From the human T2T-CHM13v2.0 reference genome, Homo sapiens: 64,000 nt of DNA. The position numbers and the translations under genes were made by a program. The notes below the pieces were generated by a model. That model ran no database searches. It was not told the origin of the DNA and was given only the letters and a program-made list of their open reading frames with translations. The stretch lies in NCBI RefSeq assembly GCF_009914755.1, contig NC_060929.1; one strand, written 5' to 3'. Shown here piece after piece: positions 45,501-62,280 of this stretch (positions are counted from its first letter, which is position 1; each line of letters opens with the position of its first letter).

Positions 45501-46281
45501 TTTTCATCTTTATTTTGAAAGGTATTTTTACTGGGCATACAATTCTAGGTTGACAGTCTTTTTTTTTTTCCTTTTAGAATTTTAAATATGTTGCTTCACT
45601 GTCTCCTTGCTTACATTTTCTTTTTCCTGACTTGAAAACTGCCATTATTCTTACCTTTTTTCCCCTGCCATTTTTTCTCTGGATGCTTCTAAAGTTTTCT
45701 TCTTTTCACTGGTTTTAAGTAATTTAATTTCATGTTCCTCAATGTATCTGTCTTCATGTTTCTTGTGCTTGGAGTTTGTTGAGTTTCTTGAATTTATGGG
45801 CTTATTTTTTTCATCATCATTTGAAAAATGTTGGCTATAATATTTTTAAGGTTTTTTTCTGCCCTTCCCTCTCTCCTTTGGGGGATTCCAGTTACTCATA
45901 TTTTAGGTTGATTGAGGTTTTTCCACAGCTTACGGAGTCTAATTCTACTTTTAGCCTTTTTCTATTACTTCGTCTTCAAGTTTACCAGTCTTTTCTTTTG
46001 TAATGTCTAATTTACTGTTAATCCATCTAGTGTATTTTGCACAGATTATAGTTTTCATCTCTAAAAGTCCAACTATTTCTTCTTTGTATCTTCCTGGCTA
46101 ATTTTTTCTCCAGTTTCTTGAACATATTGAATATAGTTATAATTATTTTAATGTCTTTGTGTCAGTTATAGGTCAGTTTCTCCTGATTGATTTTTGTCCT
46201 CTTGTGGGGTGCATTCTTTTATTTCTTCTTGTGTCTGGTAATCTGGTAATTTTTGTTCAAATGTCAAATATTGTGTGTTAG

Positions 46282-46553
46282 TTTTTTTTTTTTTTTTTAA
46301 GATACAGTGTCTTGTTATGTCACTAGGGCTGGCATGATTAGAGCTTACTGTAGTCTTGAACTCCTGGGTTCATGTGATCCTCCTGCCTCAGCCTCCCAAG
46401 TATTGAGGACTATAAGACTATTTTTTTTTTTTTTTAAAGATGAAGTTCTCATTTTGTTGCCCAGGCTGGTTTCAAATTCCTGACTTCAAGTGATCCTCCT
46501 GTATTGGTCTCCCAGACTGTGGAGATTGCAGGTATGAGCCACCTTGCCTGGCT
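46282..46553 (-). mobile_element. AluJ (internally deleted) followed by (TG)n
   Basis: Degenerate J-type reverse-complement body ending GCCTGGC. Confidence 0.8.
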
Positions 46554-46891
46554 TTGTGTGTGTGTGTGTTTGTGTGTTTCTATAAAGATTCTTGAGCTTT
46601 GTTCTGAGCTGTGGTTATTTGGAAATAGTTTGATTATTTCAGATCTTGGTTTCAAGCTTTGTTAGGTAGTACCAGAATAATATTTAGTCAGGGTTAATTT
46701 TGCCCCACTACTGAGACAAATCCCTTTTGAGTACTCTACCTGATATTGTGTGACTTATGAGGTTGTTACAACTCTGGTTGTTGGGAACAAGAACTATTTC
46801 CAGTCCTCTTTGAGTCCTCTTTGCTTCTAGGAGTTTTTTTTCCTGTTTCAGTTATTTTCCTCACACACATACACTGATCAAGATTCAGCTA

Positions 46892-47199
<308 letters not shown>

Positions 47200-48059
47200 T
47201 CAGCTAAAAATTCAAGGAGGACTCTTCATAGTTTGCTCCCTCTCTCTGTCTCCCTTCTCTTTCTTGAACTCTGTCTTCTCTAATACTCTTACCTGAAAAC
47301 TCCAGCCACCTTGGCTTCCTTAGACTCCCAGCATCATCTCTTGAACCTGGAAGACCCCTCAGCTTTGCCTTATTTCCCTGCCCCTGCTCCACATCCTGGA
47401 AACTTTCTTCCTATAATAAGCTGGTGAAACCACAGGCTGATCTTATTTATTTCTCAACTCTCAAAGATTGGTGTGCTTCATTGCCTCATACCAAGTGTCT
47501 TGTTTCACATGTTGTATCTGTTTTTTCTGTTGTCCAAAGCAGTAGGGTAAAGCCAGTCACTATTACTCCATCTTCCTGGAAGTGGAAGTGTCATGCAATT
47601 TAAAGATAATATATCCCTATATACATCTAATGCATAGACAACTTGTGGCTATTTACATAAGGAACAATTAATAGTGAGTTATCTTGAAAACGGAAATGGT
47701 GACTGGGAAAGGGGCCTTTACTTTTCACTTGATAGCTTATTGGCTGTTTTCTTTCTTAATATCCATATGTGTTGCTGTCATTGTAATAAATAAAAGTTGT
47801 TCATGAAATGAATTTCTCTTGGAAGGATCTACTGAACCATGGAGTGCTGTTGATATTCAATTGATTCACTTTGCCCTCAGTGTCTTGGCTGATGGATAAC
47901 CAGTTGCACTCATCTTTCATCCTCTTGCTTGGGTCAGAGGTGATGTAGAGTAATAACATTTGCCTTTTGATCCGATTATCTAGGAGGCATGGTGTTTCTG
48001 GAGTCTTGCTTATTATCTAAGTTTGATGAGGGTCTGCATAAGTCTGTCAGGGCAACATT

Positions 48060-48480
48060 TAAAATCAGTTCACTGGCTAATCCTTATATCTGTTGGTGGG
48101 ATATAAATCCATACAGCTTTCCTGGAGTCATTTTAGCAGTAGACATAAAAAAACCTAAAAATGTGTTTACTCTTTGACCCCCAAATTCTACTTCTATGAA
48201 ATTATCTTAAAGAAATGATAAGGACAAGTGCGCAAAGATTTACAATTGTTTGTATTGCATTGCAATCAAGGATGTATTGCATTGTTTGTGACAGTAAAAA
48301 GTTGGAAGGTCAAAAATATCTAATGATGAATTGTTAAATTAAGTTTGGCACATAATGAGACTGGAATATTCTGTGATTACTAGAAACTGAAAATGACATA
48401 TACTTATTGACATACTTTACTAGATAAAAAAGTCTGTTTACATAAAAGTATGTACAGTATAATTCCAATTTTAATTCCCT
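48060..48480 (+). mobile_element. L1ME 3' fragment
   Basis: CTCTTTGACCC...AATTCTACTTCTA...GCATTGTTTGTGACAG. Confidence 0.55.
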
Positions 48481-48699
48481 TTCTACCTCACAGCTACACT
48501 GCCACTTTGCAAAAAGTCTAGCTCTGATTTTGCAAAACCACAGTTAGGATCCTGAGCCTCTGAGACATGCCTACACTCCCATTTCACCCTAATGGGCTTT
48601 ATGTGTTACTGACTTTTCTTCAGTGCTCTTCTGGTTTTGAGATGTGATCATTGAGAAAGGACTCTGGGGAGAAAATCCAATATGAAGGCCATAAGAGTA

Positions 48700-49152
48700 A
48701 TGAGGTGGAATCGATTATTCCCAATTCCTTGCTCCCTTCAGGTTACAAAATTGAATATCCATGCCCTTTGCTTTGTGCCTCCGTGGTCTTTGTGAGGAGT
48801 ATATTCCCTGCTCCACTGAAGCTGGACCTGGTCACATGACTTTGGTGAAAGAAAGGTTAATAGAGGTGATCTGAGAAGGTTTGTATGTGATTTCATTGTT
48901 TGCCATGACTGCTTGGGCTTCTGGCATCTGCCATGTGAACACATGATAGAAGCTTCTCAAGTGGAAGCTAGTACAGTTGTACTGAGAGACATGTGGAGCC
49001 GACCAAGTACAAACCGCAGCTTGGAGTCAAACCTAGCTGACCCATGGACCCAGGAGGGTAGAAAACAAAAGTTGATTGTGAGATTTTGAAGTTGTTAGGT
49101 GCAGTTATGCTATCAGTTATATAGCTGTCAGTTATGGATTTAAAACTAATAC
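48700..49152 (+). mobile_element. Old MLT1 LTR
   Basis: GGTCACATGACTTTGG...GAGACATGTGGAGC...ACTAATACA. Confidence 0.55.
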
Positions 49153-49646
49153 AGGTAACAATAATAGCACTGTCTTTTAATTGCTGAGGTCACAGCAATG
49201 TGGGTTTCAATGAGATACAAGCTATTCAATTAGATATAGGTATGTCATCAGCACCCTCACATCTCTTTGAACTCTTTTGCCCTCCTATATGTGGCATTTA
49301 GTGGAATGCTGAAAGACAAACAATGATTTAAAATGGTAAAAAAAAAAAAAAAGGTAAAATGGCCATCATCCTTTCCCCCTTTTCATGTTGTCTCAAATGT
49401 TATTCAAAGCCAAACCATTGTTTCTGTTATCTGCATACAATGTGCTGCTGGAATGTGGTGTAATCAGGTGGTCACATGTACATATCATAGCAGAGCTGAG
49501 GAGGGAAGAGGATGAAGAACAAAGGAGAGACGCAGCATGCCTACCTCTGATAAGTAGATCATGCAGGTGTCCCTGGTCGTCAGCCGCATAACAAAGAGGG
49601 GCTCTCAGGGGCTGGAGGTCAACCTCTCTTCTCTCTGCCCTCTAGA

Positions 49647-49942
49647 TTTTTTTTTGAGACAGATTCTTGCTCTGTTGCCCACGCTGGAGTACAGTGGCAC
49701 AATCATAGCTCACTGCAGCCTTGAAATCCTGGGCTCAAGCAATCCTCCCACCTCATCCTCCTGAGTAGCTGGAACTATAGGTACCTGCCACTATGCCAGG
49801 CTAATTTTTTAAATTTTTATTTCTTTAGAGATGGGGTCTCACTATGTCGCCCAGGCTGGTCTCAAACTCCTGGCCTCAAGCAATCTGCCCACCTCTGCTT
49901 CCCAAAGCAGAGGATAACAGACGTGAGACACTTTGCCCTGCC
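49647..49942 (-). mobile_element. AluJo
   Basis: ATCATAGCTCACTGCAGCCTTGAAATCCTGGGCTCAAGC; TSD CTG(C/T)CCTCTA. Confidence 0.92.
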
Positions 49943-50274
49943 CTGTCCTCTACCTTTATTTCCCAAAGCATACTGAAAAAATATTCTGTTATCCTCTGGG
50001 CTAGTCTGTTCCCTAGAGCATAAGGTAATGAGGTAAGGAGAAGAGCCTTGTGTCTCTGCCCATGCAGCCTTGATAACTCTTTGATCCAGATATGGAAGGA
50101 ATGTGTGAATAAGTGTCTGTGTGTGTGTGTGTATGTGAAAGTGTGTATTGCAGAGGACACACATTTCTTTTCTCTTATGAACAATGTGCTATTGGTCTGC
50201 ATTATTTTCTTATTGCCTTTGTAGGCGTTGGCCCATTTCTTGGGTAAATCACTGGGGAGGCTTGAAAGCACAGA

Positions 50275-50510
50275 GGTGGAGACTTAAGACAATGCACTCT
50301 GTAGCCATGCTCTCTGGATTTGAATCCCGGATTTGCCTCTTAGTAACCCTATGACCTTGGTAAGTCACTTAACTTCCCTTGCCTCAGTGTCCTACACTGT
50401 GAGATGGGGATAATAATCGAATCCACTCCATAGTTTTGTTGTGAGGAGTAAATGAATGAATTCATGTAAAGCGCTTGGCACATGATCATGGCTCATGTTC
50501 ACTCTTCTAT
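50275..50510 (+). mobile_element. MIR
   Basis: GGATTTGAATCCCGG...TGACCTTGGTAAGTCACTTAAC...GTTGTGAGGAGTAAATGA. Confidence 0.85.
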
Positions 50511-51804
50511 TGTTGCTTTTCACAGGGCAGTGACTCAAATACTAAACATCTCTTTCTGAAGAATTATTGTTACATATGATAAGGTGTGGAAGAAAGAGAG
50601 AGAAAGAAATTAATACCACCACAGCTTGTGTTTCAGCAGAGTAATAGTATTCAACAGACGGGACTGGAGAAATCAAAAATGATCAAATCAGGGGGACATG
50701 CTTTCCCAAATGCTAGGACAGATTTTGCCCTGAGTCTCATGAGTAAGGTCACATTACAGTAGACAACTGGGCTTCTGGGATCAGTGGGGCTGGGCAGCAG
50801 CAGCTCTGTGGGGTTGGGGAGGGCTTGATTGATCTTGAGGTTATACTAAGGCCGAGAAGTTTCCTTCCTGGAGTTGGGGCTGGCTGGCAGGACCCATTTT
50901 GGTCTCCTGATATCTTCTCTTGCTCATAGTTCTGCTTCTAGCCTGGTGCTTGTGTTTCTAAGGTTGGTAACTATTTTCCTTTTGCAAGCTGACTTGTATG
51001 AGAAGGATCATCCTTCAGACTGGGTTTTATCTTAAGTGGTATTCCCAAAGAGGCTGGAATTGGTGCTGAGATAAGGTTTGGGCTTGGAGTAGTAATGCAG
51101 GAGGCTCATGCATGTGTGTGTACATGCACAATGTGTATATGGAGCTATGGGATGGTTGGATGGACAAATGGATGAAATGGTATTTATCCAGACAGAGAAG
51201 CATCCAGGGAAATGAACCTCCTTTAGCTCCCCAATCCTTATTACATCACTCTTTCCTGTATGTGAAGTTCATGAATATCCACTGAAATTTCTGGAAACAC
51301 AGGCCTAGATCATGGATTATTATTCCCAATCTTTGTGTTGTAACCTTTAAAATGGAGTACAGGTCCCTGCTCAGTGCTTAGGCTGTTTGGAGAATGAAAT
51401 CAGTTTTTATAATTATTTTACCAGATGGGAAGAACTCCTGGACTTTCTCAGAGCCTAGAGGCTCTTGATGACCATAACATGTCTTTCCCCGTGGTGGATT
51501 ATCTGGCATCACCCCTGTTCTGCTTCCCCAGCTGTCTGCTTCCCTGGAGCCTGGGCTGGCAAGAGGCAATTACTAGAAAAGGGTCAGAGGTGTGGGGTGA
51601 GTGTGAGTGAAGTTGCATGACTCTGTGTAGGCAGGGAGAACTTTCAAGAGCTAGAGGGAGATGACTTTTGGATGGACTCTTAAATTTTGTTTTCTTTTCT
51701 CTTCCTGTTTATGAGGAATAAAAATTAATGGTATAATCTCATTATGTAAAGTTGAGAGCTGGAGAGGGCAGGGTTAATTTTCAGTTTTGACCTTGGAACT
51801 TCAA

Positions 51805-51825
51805 AAGGAGGGAAGAGAGGAGGGA

Positions 51826-51882
<57 letters not shown>

Positions 51883-51887
51883 GAAAC
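51805..51887. repeat. (GA)n polypurine tract
   Basis: Direct reading. Confidence 0.95.
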
Positions 51888-52252
51888 AGACCATCTTCTT
51901 TATACATCCTGGGTTCAGAACCCTTGGGCACAACCTGTGTTCTGCTTGTTTGGCTGTATGGGATGGAGAGTTAAGAATGGAGCTCAGCCCTGAGTCCTAT
52001 GCCAGTTGAGCTTCACAGGTGACTCTTGGCAGCCAGTCTGAGTCATTTGCATTTTCACAGCCAAAGGGCTGCTCACAAGATGTTCTGTGCAGATATTTAA
52101 GTTGCTGGATTCCAAAGCATCCCCAGGGCACTCCTGGCCCCTCCTCTTCCATATGGCCATGCAGCCAACTTCACATTTCTTAATTTATGAAGATGGCATT
52201 CTTGGGGATTAGATGCTTTTTGGAGTTACAGTAATAAAAACATCAAGGCCAG

Positions 52253-52462
52253 TTCTTTGCCTTCTTTCCTTCCTCCCTCCCTTGCTTCCCTATCTCTCCC
52301 TGTTCCTTTCCTCCTTCCATCCTTCCTTCTTTTCTTCCCTCCCTTCCTCGTTTACACCCTCCCTTCCTCCTTTCTTCCTTCCTCTTCCTTCCCTCCCTCT
52401 TTCCCCGCTCCCTCCCTCTCTCCTTTCCTCCTTCCCTCCTTCCCTCTGTTGTTTCTTCCTTC
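52253..52462. repeat. CT-rich polypyrimidine low-complexity tract
   Basis: ~200 nt of CCTT/CCCT-type units. Confidence 0.95.
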
Positions 52463-52630
52463 TGTCAAGCTTTTGAAATATTTCAGTTTCTGGAAGCAAG
52501 ACAGAGCTCAGTGGCCAGGAAGAGCACAGCCCCTGGGCCAGTCTTGCTGTTCCACTACCAGATGCAGAAGGAGGTGTTCTGGAATGACAAACTTTTCATG
52601 TTAAAGTAATGCAATTGTCAGGAACATCTG

Positions 52631-53239
52631 TATGTTAGTTTTCTATTGTGGCTATCATAAATCACCACAAATTTCATGGCTTAAAACAACACACATTTAT
52701 TGTGTCACAGTTGTGTAGGTCAGAAGCTGGGGTATAGCATGGCTCAACTGAGTCCTCTGCCTAGCGTCTCCCTGGTGTTGGCAGGGCTGAGTTTCTTCCT
52801 GGAAGCTCTGGGAATGACTCTGTTTCCAGGCTCATTCAGGTGGTTGGCTGAGTTCAGTTCCTTGTGGTTGTAGGACTGAGGTCCCTATTTCCTTGGTGGC
52901 TGTTGGCTGGGGACTGGTCATTCTCTGGAAGCTCATGCTTTCCACGTGGCCTCCTCCAGCAATGGGGAGTCAAGTCTCTCTCACACTTTGACTCTCTCAG
53001 GCTTTTCCTTTTTGACACATCTCTCCAACTTCCAGCCAGAGAAACTTCACTGCTTCTAGGAGCTCATGGTTAGATTGGCCCAACATGGATAATCCAGGAT
53101 CATCTCCCTGTTTTAAGGTCACTGGTTAACAACCTTAATTCCACCTTCAAAGTCCCTTTTGTAATTAATGTGACATATTTATAGGTTCCAATAATTAGGA
53201 TGTGGTATTTTTGGGAGGAGTATTATTTGGCCTAACACA
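52631..53239 (-). mobile_element. MLT1E/F-like MaLR LTR
   Basis: TTAGTTTTCTATTG...GGCTTAAAACAACAC...GATTGGCCCAACATGGATAATCCAGGAT. Confidence 0.8.
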
Positions 53240-53672
53240 CCCTATAAATAATTTATTGATAGTGTTGGCCACCTGAGGGTAACTAACTGCTGCAACCTTT
53301 GTCAGGGGATCTGCCTAGCATTTCCACTAGATTTTGGGCAGGGCCAAAGAGAGAAAGTGAAGGAACCTGAAGCTAGAGGCAGGGGTTGAACGTAAGACAC
53401 TTTCATCCTCCAAAGGGAAGCACAGGCCTCTTCTGATCTCCGAACTTTTAATCTGGACTAGGTTTGTGGAGATCAGAATCCATCTCCTCATTCAGGATGG
53501 AGCCATGGAGGCCTGGAGGGGTGATGGACTTAGCCAAGGTCAGAGGCCACACCAGAGCTGGAGATTACTGGGGAAGTTTCAGAGCTGAAAGAAGCCACTG
53601 TAAAGCCTGATCAGGATTTTTCAGAACATGGACACATCTCTCAGATCTTTGGTCTTTTTAGCACTTAACCTC

Positions 53673-54029
53673 TGTATTAGTTTGTTCTTACATTGCTAAT
53701 AAAGACATATCTGAGACTGGGTAATTAGGAAAGAGGTTTAATTGACTCACAATTCCACATGGCTGGGAAGCCTCACAATCATGGTGGAAGGCAAATGAGG
53801 AGCAAAGTCATGTCTTACATGCGGCAGGCAAGAGAGAGTGTGCAGGGGAACTCCACTTTATAAAGCCATCAGATCCCATGAGACTTATTCACTATCATGA
53901 GAACAGCACGGGAAAGACCTGCCCCCATGATTCAATTACTTCTCACTGGGTCCCTCCCACGACATGTGGAAATTATGGGAGCTACAATTCAAGATGAGAT
54001 TTGGGTGGGGACACAGCCAAACCATATCA
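53673..54029 (-). mobile_element. THE1C-like solo LTR
   Basis: TGTATTAG...GAGGAGCAAAGTCATGTCTTAC...ACACAGCCAAACCATATCA; 5-bp TSD ACCTC at 53668-53672 and 54030-54034. Confidence 0.92.
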
Positions 54030-55599
54030 ACCTCCAAAGCCAGGTGGATCAGCCAGACTGCACAGCTTTGAAAAAATAAATGACTATGGATTTCTTGGCT
54101 TTAGAAAATACAAATCAATTAACATTATGGGTTGGGACATATATGAATATGATGATGGTCTTTCTGCAGCCTGAGGAAAGTTGGTCTTGATGGCCAGCAA
54201 GACACACTCCTAATACTTACAGTTCTTACAATTTCTTCTTAGGAGTTCTGGGTGTCCTGGTTGCCAGATCTTTTAGTCCCTCCTTGGCATAGCCACGACC
54301 CTCCATGTTGATGGATAGACATGGAGCCCACTGTATCAACTGTTTTGACACCTCTGGGAGAGGACACTTGGAGAGGAATCCCTCCCTTGTACTCACTCCT
54401 CTCTGAGAGAAGGCAGGGCTCCTACAGGCCAGCGGCTCTATTTTAAATCTGCAGGCAGCAAGCACGTTCTATAGGAAATCGGCTCCTTGTTCAGGGGTTT
54501 CATTCTCTTGCCAACTCTGCTCATTCTGGTCTCCTCTTTGTCATCGCCTAGAGGCATCCATCTCCTGGAGGTTTACATAAGACAGAGCAAAGTGCTCTCC
54601 TGGCTAAGAATATATCCACCCCCTTCCCTGGGCGATGTGCCTGGGAGGTGAGGAAACTGACTCACTGCATCTCTGACTCTATGAAAAGACAAATACATGA
54701 AAAAAAAACTACTAGATTAATGACAGGGGGAGAAAAACCCGAATATTTTTAGCACATGAGGGCAGAGTTAGCTGCTATGAAGTCCTAGAGGATGGAAATT
54801 TTAATTTAAGAGCTCTTTGTCTTGAATGTTTTAATTAGCAGTAGGGAGCTTTCAAATGGCAATTATGGCACAGAGAGGGTGGGGGACTCTGAAATAGGAA
54901 AATGCCCAGTGATAATCTGATCAGCAGCAGTGCAGACTGGTTAGGGGATCTGTCTGTGAAATCCAGGCATGACTGGTTTTCTTACAAACCAAAAACTTTG
55001 TGTGATTCCCAGGGTGTGCCTCTGCCAATGCATGTGAAATCCTGGGTCAATAGTCCTGCACCACTTCTGCCTGAGTAGAAAGAAGCACTGAAACTTGGGC
55101 TGCAATTGAACTGTGGATATGTGGTAGCCCATGAGAGCACCTGAGTCTTCCATGAGGATCTGAGGCTCCTGTTGCCATCTTGCCCCTGGAAGGAAGCATG
55201 TCTATTCCCTGGAGTTCATCGCAATGTTCCCTGATAGGCATGGTGACTACGGATTTGGAGATTTCTGTAGGTGGAGCTGCTGCTGCTGTTGCTTTTAGAA
55301 AGATCCCAGTCATTGCCCAAGGTGTTTTCCTGCCTGGTAACTAGAGACACAGGTCTAGGGAGGTGTTCATGAATGGCCAGTGTCGCACACTGATGGGGTG
55401 GTATGTGCCAGTCAAGGGCTGTAATTTGGGCAATCTGTTTCTAGGGAAAAATATTGCTGGTTGCATATCCAATAGCCATTCTTCCTCTCTTCCTTGCTGA
55501 TAGAATCAACCTTTTGCTATAGCTGTTTAAGGTTTATTTTCAGGTAATATACATAATAGGATCCCTGGGATCATTGATTTTTGAGCCAGTATTGCCAAA

Positions 55600-56154
<555 letters not shown>

Positions 56155-56509
56155 TGAATACATTACACATTACTGGCCAATTGGACCTGAGAGGAAGACT
56201 ACTGGGAAACTTCTGGGCCATGCACAAGAGGACATGGACAGTACTCATTTTGGCTGCTGACAGTCAGGTCTCTACGCGATGCTTGAAATTGCAGAAGAAA
56301 TTGCAGCCCTGGGATAGTTTGACTTTGGATATTTTGTTAATTGTGATAATATATTATCCTCATTGTTCAAGCCTCCTACCACTTACAGTCAAAGCCATCC
56401 TAACTGATGTACCTAGTAACGGCAGAGGCCTTGCTAGAGTTACAGTGCATTTAAGCCATGTGTGGCAGTAAATGTATTTGATGGCATTGTTAGGATGGTT
56501 CTTTGCTTT

Positions 56510-58760
<2,251 letters not shown>

Positions 58761-58764
58761 AGTA

Positions 58765-61700
58765 AAAATGGACAAGAATAATAGGAGGACTTGATAAATC
58801 CACAACCATAGTGAGCAATTTTAACACCTATTCCTCAGTAACTATTAGAGCAAGCACACAAAAAGTTAGTAAGCAGCATGATTAGCAAACTTGATCTAAT
58901 TGACATGCATAGAACCCAGCAGTCACAACTCCAGAATGCACATTCTTTTTGAGTACACATAAAACATTGACCAAAATTGATTATATGTTGGGCAATAAGT
59001 CAAGTCTCAATAAACTTCAAAGGACTGAAATAATATAGAGTATGTTCATTGACCACAATGAAACTTAGGTAAAAATCAATAACAAAAGGTAACTAGAAAG
59101 TTCCTAATTGTTTGAAGTTTAAGCAATATACTTCTGAATAGCCCATGGGTCAAGGAAGAAACTAGCAATGGAAATAAGAAGTTATTTTTACCTGAATGGT
59201 AATTAAAATATGACACATTAAAACATGTAATGCAGCTAAAATCATGCATAGGAAGATATTTATAGCCTTAAATGTGCATATTTGGAAAGAAGAAAGGCTG
59301 AAAATCAATCACTTCAATTCATCTTAATAAGGGGGCAAATAATAGCAAATTAAGCCCAAGGAATGCAGAAGGAAGAATATACAAAAGTTGAGAGCAGAAA
59401 TGAATGATATAGGAAAATAATGTATAAGAGAAGGTCAACAAAGCCAAAAGGTAGTTCCTTAAAAAGACTGATAAAATTGATAAACTCTCGGTGAGACCAA
59501 TCACAAAGAAGGGACCAAATAGCAATATCAGGAATGAAACAGGGGACAAGACAAATATTACAGACATGCAAAAAATAATAAATGGATATAATGAACTACT
59601 TTATGCCAATACATTTGACAACTTGGTTAAAATTGATAAATTCCTAGAAAAAAACTTACCAGAAGTGACACAGAAGAAATAAAAGATCTTAATAGTCCTA
59701 TACATATAAAAGAAATTGGATCTATAAATAAAAACTTTCTATAAAGAAAACTTCAGGTCTAGATGGCTACATCAGCCAAATTCCAAATTATTTTAAAGGA
59801 AAAAAATTAACATCAGTCTTACATAAATCTATCTAGGGAATAGAAAGAAGCAAAACTTTCCGACCAACTTCATGACATAAAAACTTGATGAGTTCTTTAT
59901 AAAAAAGAAAAATTGCAGGTTAATCTCTCTCATATATATAAATGCAAAAATCCTAGGATTAAAAATTCTAATATTAAAAATTAATCCAATGATCTGTAAA
60001 AAGAACAATACACCATAACTATGTTCAATGCAATATTGATTTTGCATTCAAAAATCAATTGTTTTAATTCATATAATAACAAAAAAAGGAGACTTAGCAA
60101 AATAAAGGAGAAAAATTGTACAATCATCTCAATAGGCATAGAAAAATAATCTGATATAATTCGACACCTGTTACTACTACTACTACTAATAATAATAATA
60201 AACATAAACTTCTTAGAAAACTAAAATGGAAGAGAATATTTTTAATCAGACAAAAGTCGTGTATAGCAAATATCATGGTTAATGGTGAAACATTGAATGT
60301 TTTCCTTCAGGAACTAGAAATGAGACAAGTATTCCTACCTACTATTATTATTTTTATTCAACATGCCTAAAGATTCTAGGCAGTGCAGAAAGCAATAAAA
60401 AATTTTTATAAGGATAAATGGATTGGAACTATTATTATTACTGATGATACAATTGTGTGTACAGAAAACATAAATCTATAAATTATTGGCATTAATAAAT
60501 AAATTTAACAATATAACTGGCTATCAGGTCAATATGTAAAAATAAATTGTGTCCTTTTATTCCAGGACCAAAGAATTAGAAAACTAATTTTTAAAATTAT
60601 GTCATTTACAATAACATCAAAACATATCAAATAACTAGTAATCTAATAAAAGATGTGTAAGACCACCACAATGAAAACCTCAATAAATGGAGGGGTAGGC
60701 TATGTTTATGAGCTAAACAATTCAATTTAATAAAGATATCCATTCTCTATAAATTAACCTGTAAGTTCAATGTAGTCCCATTTAAAATCCAAGCAGCTGT
60801 TCTGTGGGGAATTCACAAGTTCACTCTAAAATTTATGTGGAATTGCAAAGGGCAAGAATAACCAATACAATCTTGCAGATGAAGAAGAAAGTGGTTGGAG
60901 ACTTACTTTAATAGAAACCAAGTCTTATCCTAGTTTTAGTAATTTAAAAAGCTGAGTGTTAGTGCAAGGATAACTCCCCAACACCAAAAAAAAAAAAAAA
61001 AAAAAAAAGCAAACGGAATAGAATAGACTTTAGAAACAGACCTACATGTATATGAATATGATTTATGGCAAAGGTAGGGTTTTTGAGCAATAGGAAAAAG
61101 ATGGTGTTTTGAATAAATGTTGCTGGGCCAATTAGATATACATTTGGAAAAAGAAATCTTGACCCCTACTTGATACTACAAAAAAATTCCAGGTAGATTA
61201 TAGATTGAATGTGAAAAGTAAACCAATCTTCTGGAAGACTACATTAGAGAGTGTGTCTATGACTTTCAGTAAACAAGGATAAACAGAACACAAGATGCAC
61301 TAACCACAAAATAAAGATTGATAAATTGGACTGCATTAACATTAGTATCTTCTGTTCATCAAAGACACACAAGTTGGAAAGGCAGTCACAGAGTGGGAGA
61401 TGTTTGCAGTACATACAGCAAAGAGCTCATTACCAAAATATAGAAAGACAGCCTCATATCAATAAGAAAAAGACAGGTAATTGAATAAAGACAGTGGAAA
61501 CAAGACCTGAAAAAGAACTTTACAAATGACAATATTCAATATCTACTAAACACACAAAGAGCTAACGAAGTCATTTTAGCAGTCCGGGATGTTTAATTAA
61601 AACCACAATGAAATATCCCTACACATCTGCCAGAAAGACTAACATTAAAAAGACTGACAATACCAAGTGCAGTTGGGGATGTGAAACCACTGTCTCATAT

Positions 61701-62280
61701 GCGCCTGGTGGGAATGCAAATTGACACCATTACTTTGGAACACACATATGCCTTGGGATCTAGCAACTCACTCCTGGATATATATCTAATAGAAATGCAT
61801 ATATACGTATACCAAAAGACATGCAAGAGAATGCTCATTGCTGCATTGTTTGTAATAGCTCAAAGCTGGAAACAACCCAAATGTCTTTCAACAGAAGAAA
61901 AGGCATACGTGTGTATCATGACATATGCAGGCAATTGAATACAGGGGTGAAAAATGAATCAAGTACAATGATGTGCTTCAACAGAAATAATTTCACAAAC
62001 AAACATACTGTACAATTCCATTTAAATAAAGTTCAAAATCAGGCAAATCTAAATGATGATGTTAAAATAAACATGTATTGTCTCTCCTGTGTGAGGTACC
62101 ATGGAATAAACTATGGTTCTAGAAATCAGAATAATGTTTACCTTTGGGGAGAAGAAAGGGACTCTAGGGAGGTTTCTGGGTTGCTGAGAGCATTCTATTC
62201 CTTGATCTGAACTGTGGCTACCAGTATGTCTTTACTTGAGTTAATTTATTGAGCTTATTAATTGTGTACTTTTCTGCAAG
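58765..62280 (+). mobile_element. Ancient L1MC/ME ORF2 (from the EN region) through 3' UTR
   Basis: TTTTAACACC, TTGACCACAATG (EN SDH region), GCAAAAATCCT, AAAGACATGCAAGAGAATGCTCATTG, L1M 3' UTR end. Confidence 0.75.

Noticed and set aside
52213-52604. Pro/Ser/Leu-rich and Arg/Glu-rich ORFs
   Set aside because: Translations of the CT low-complexity tract
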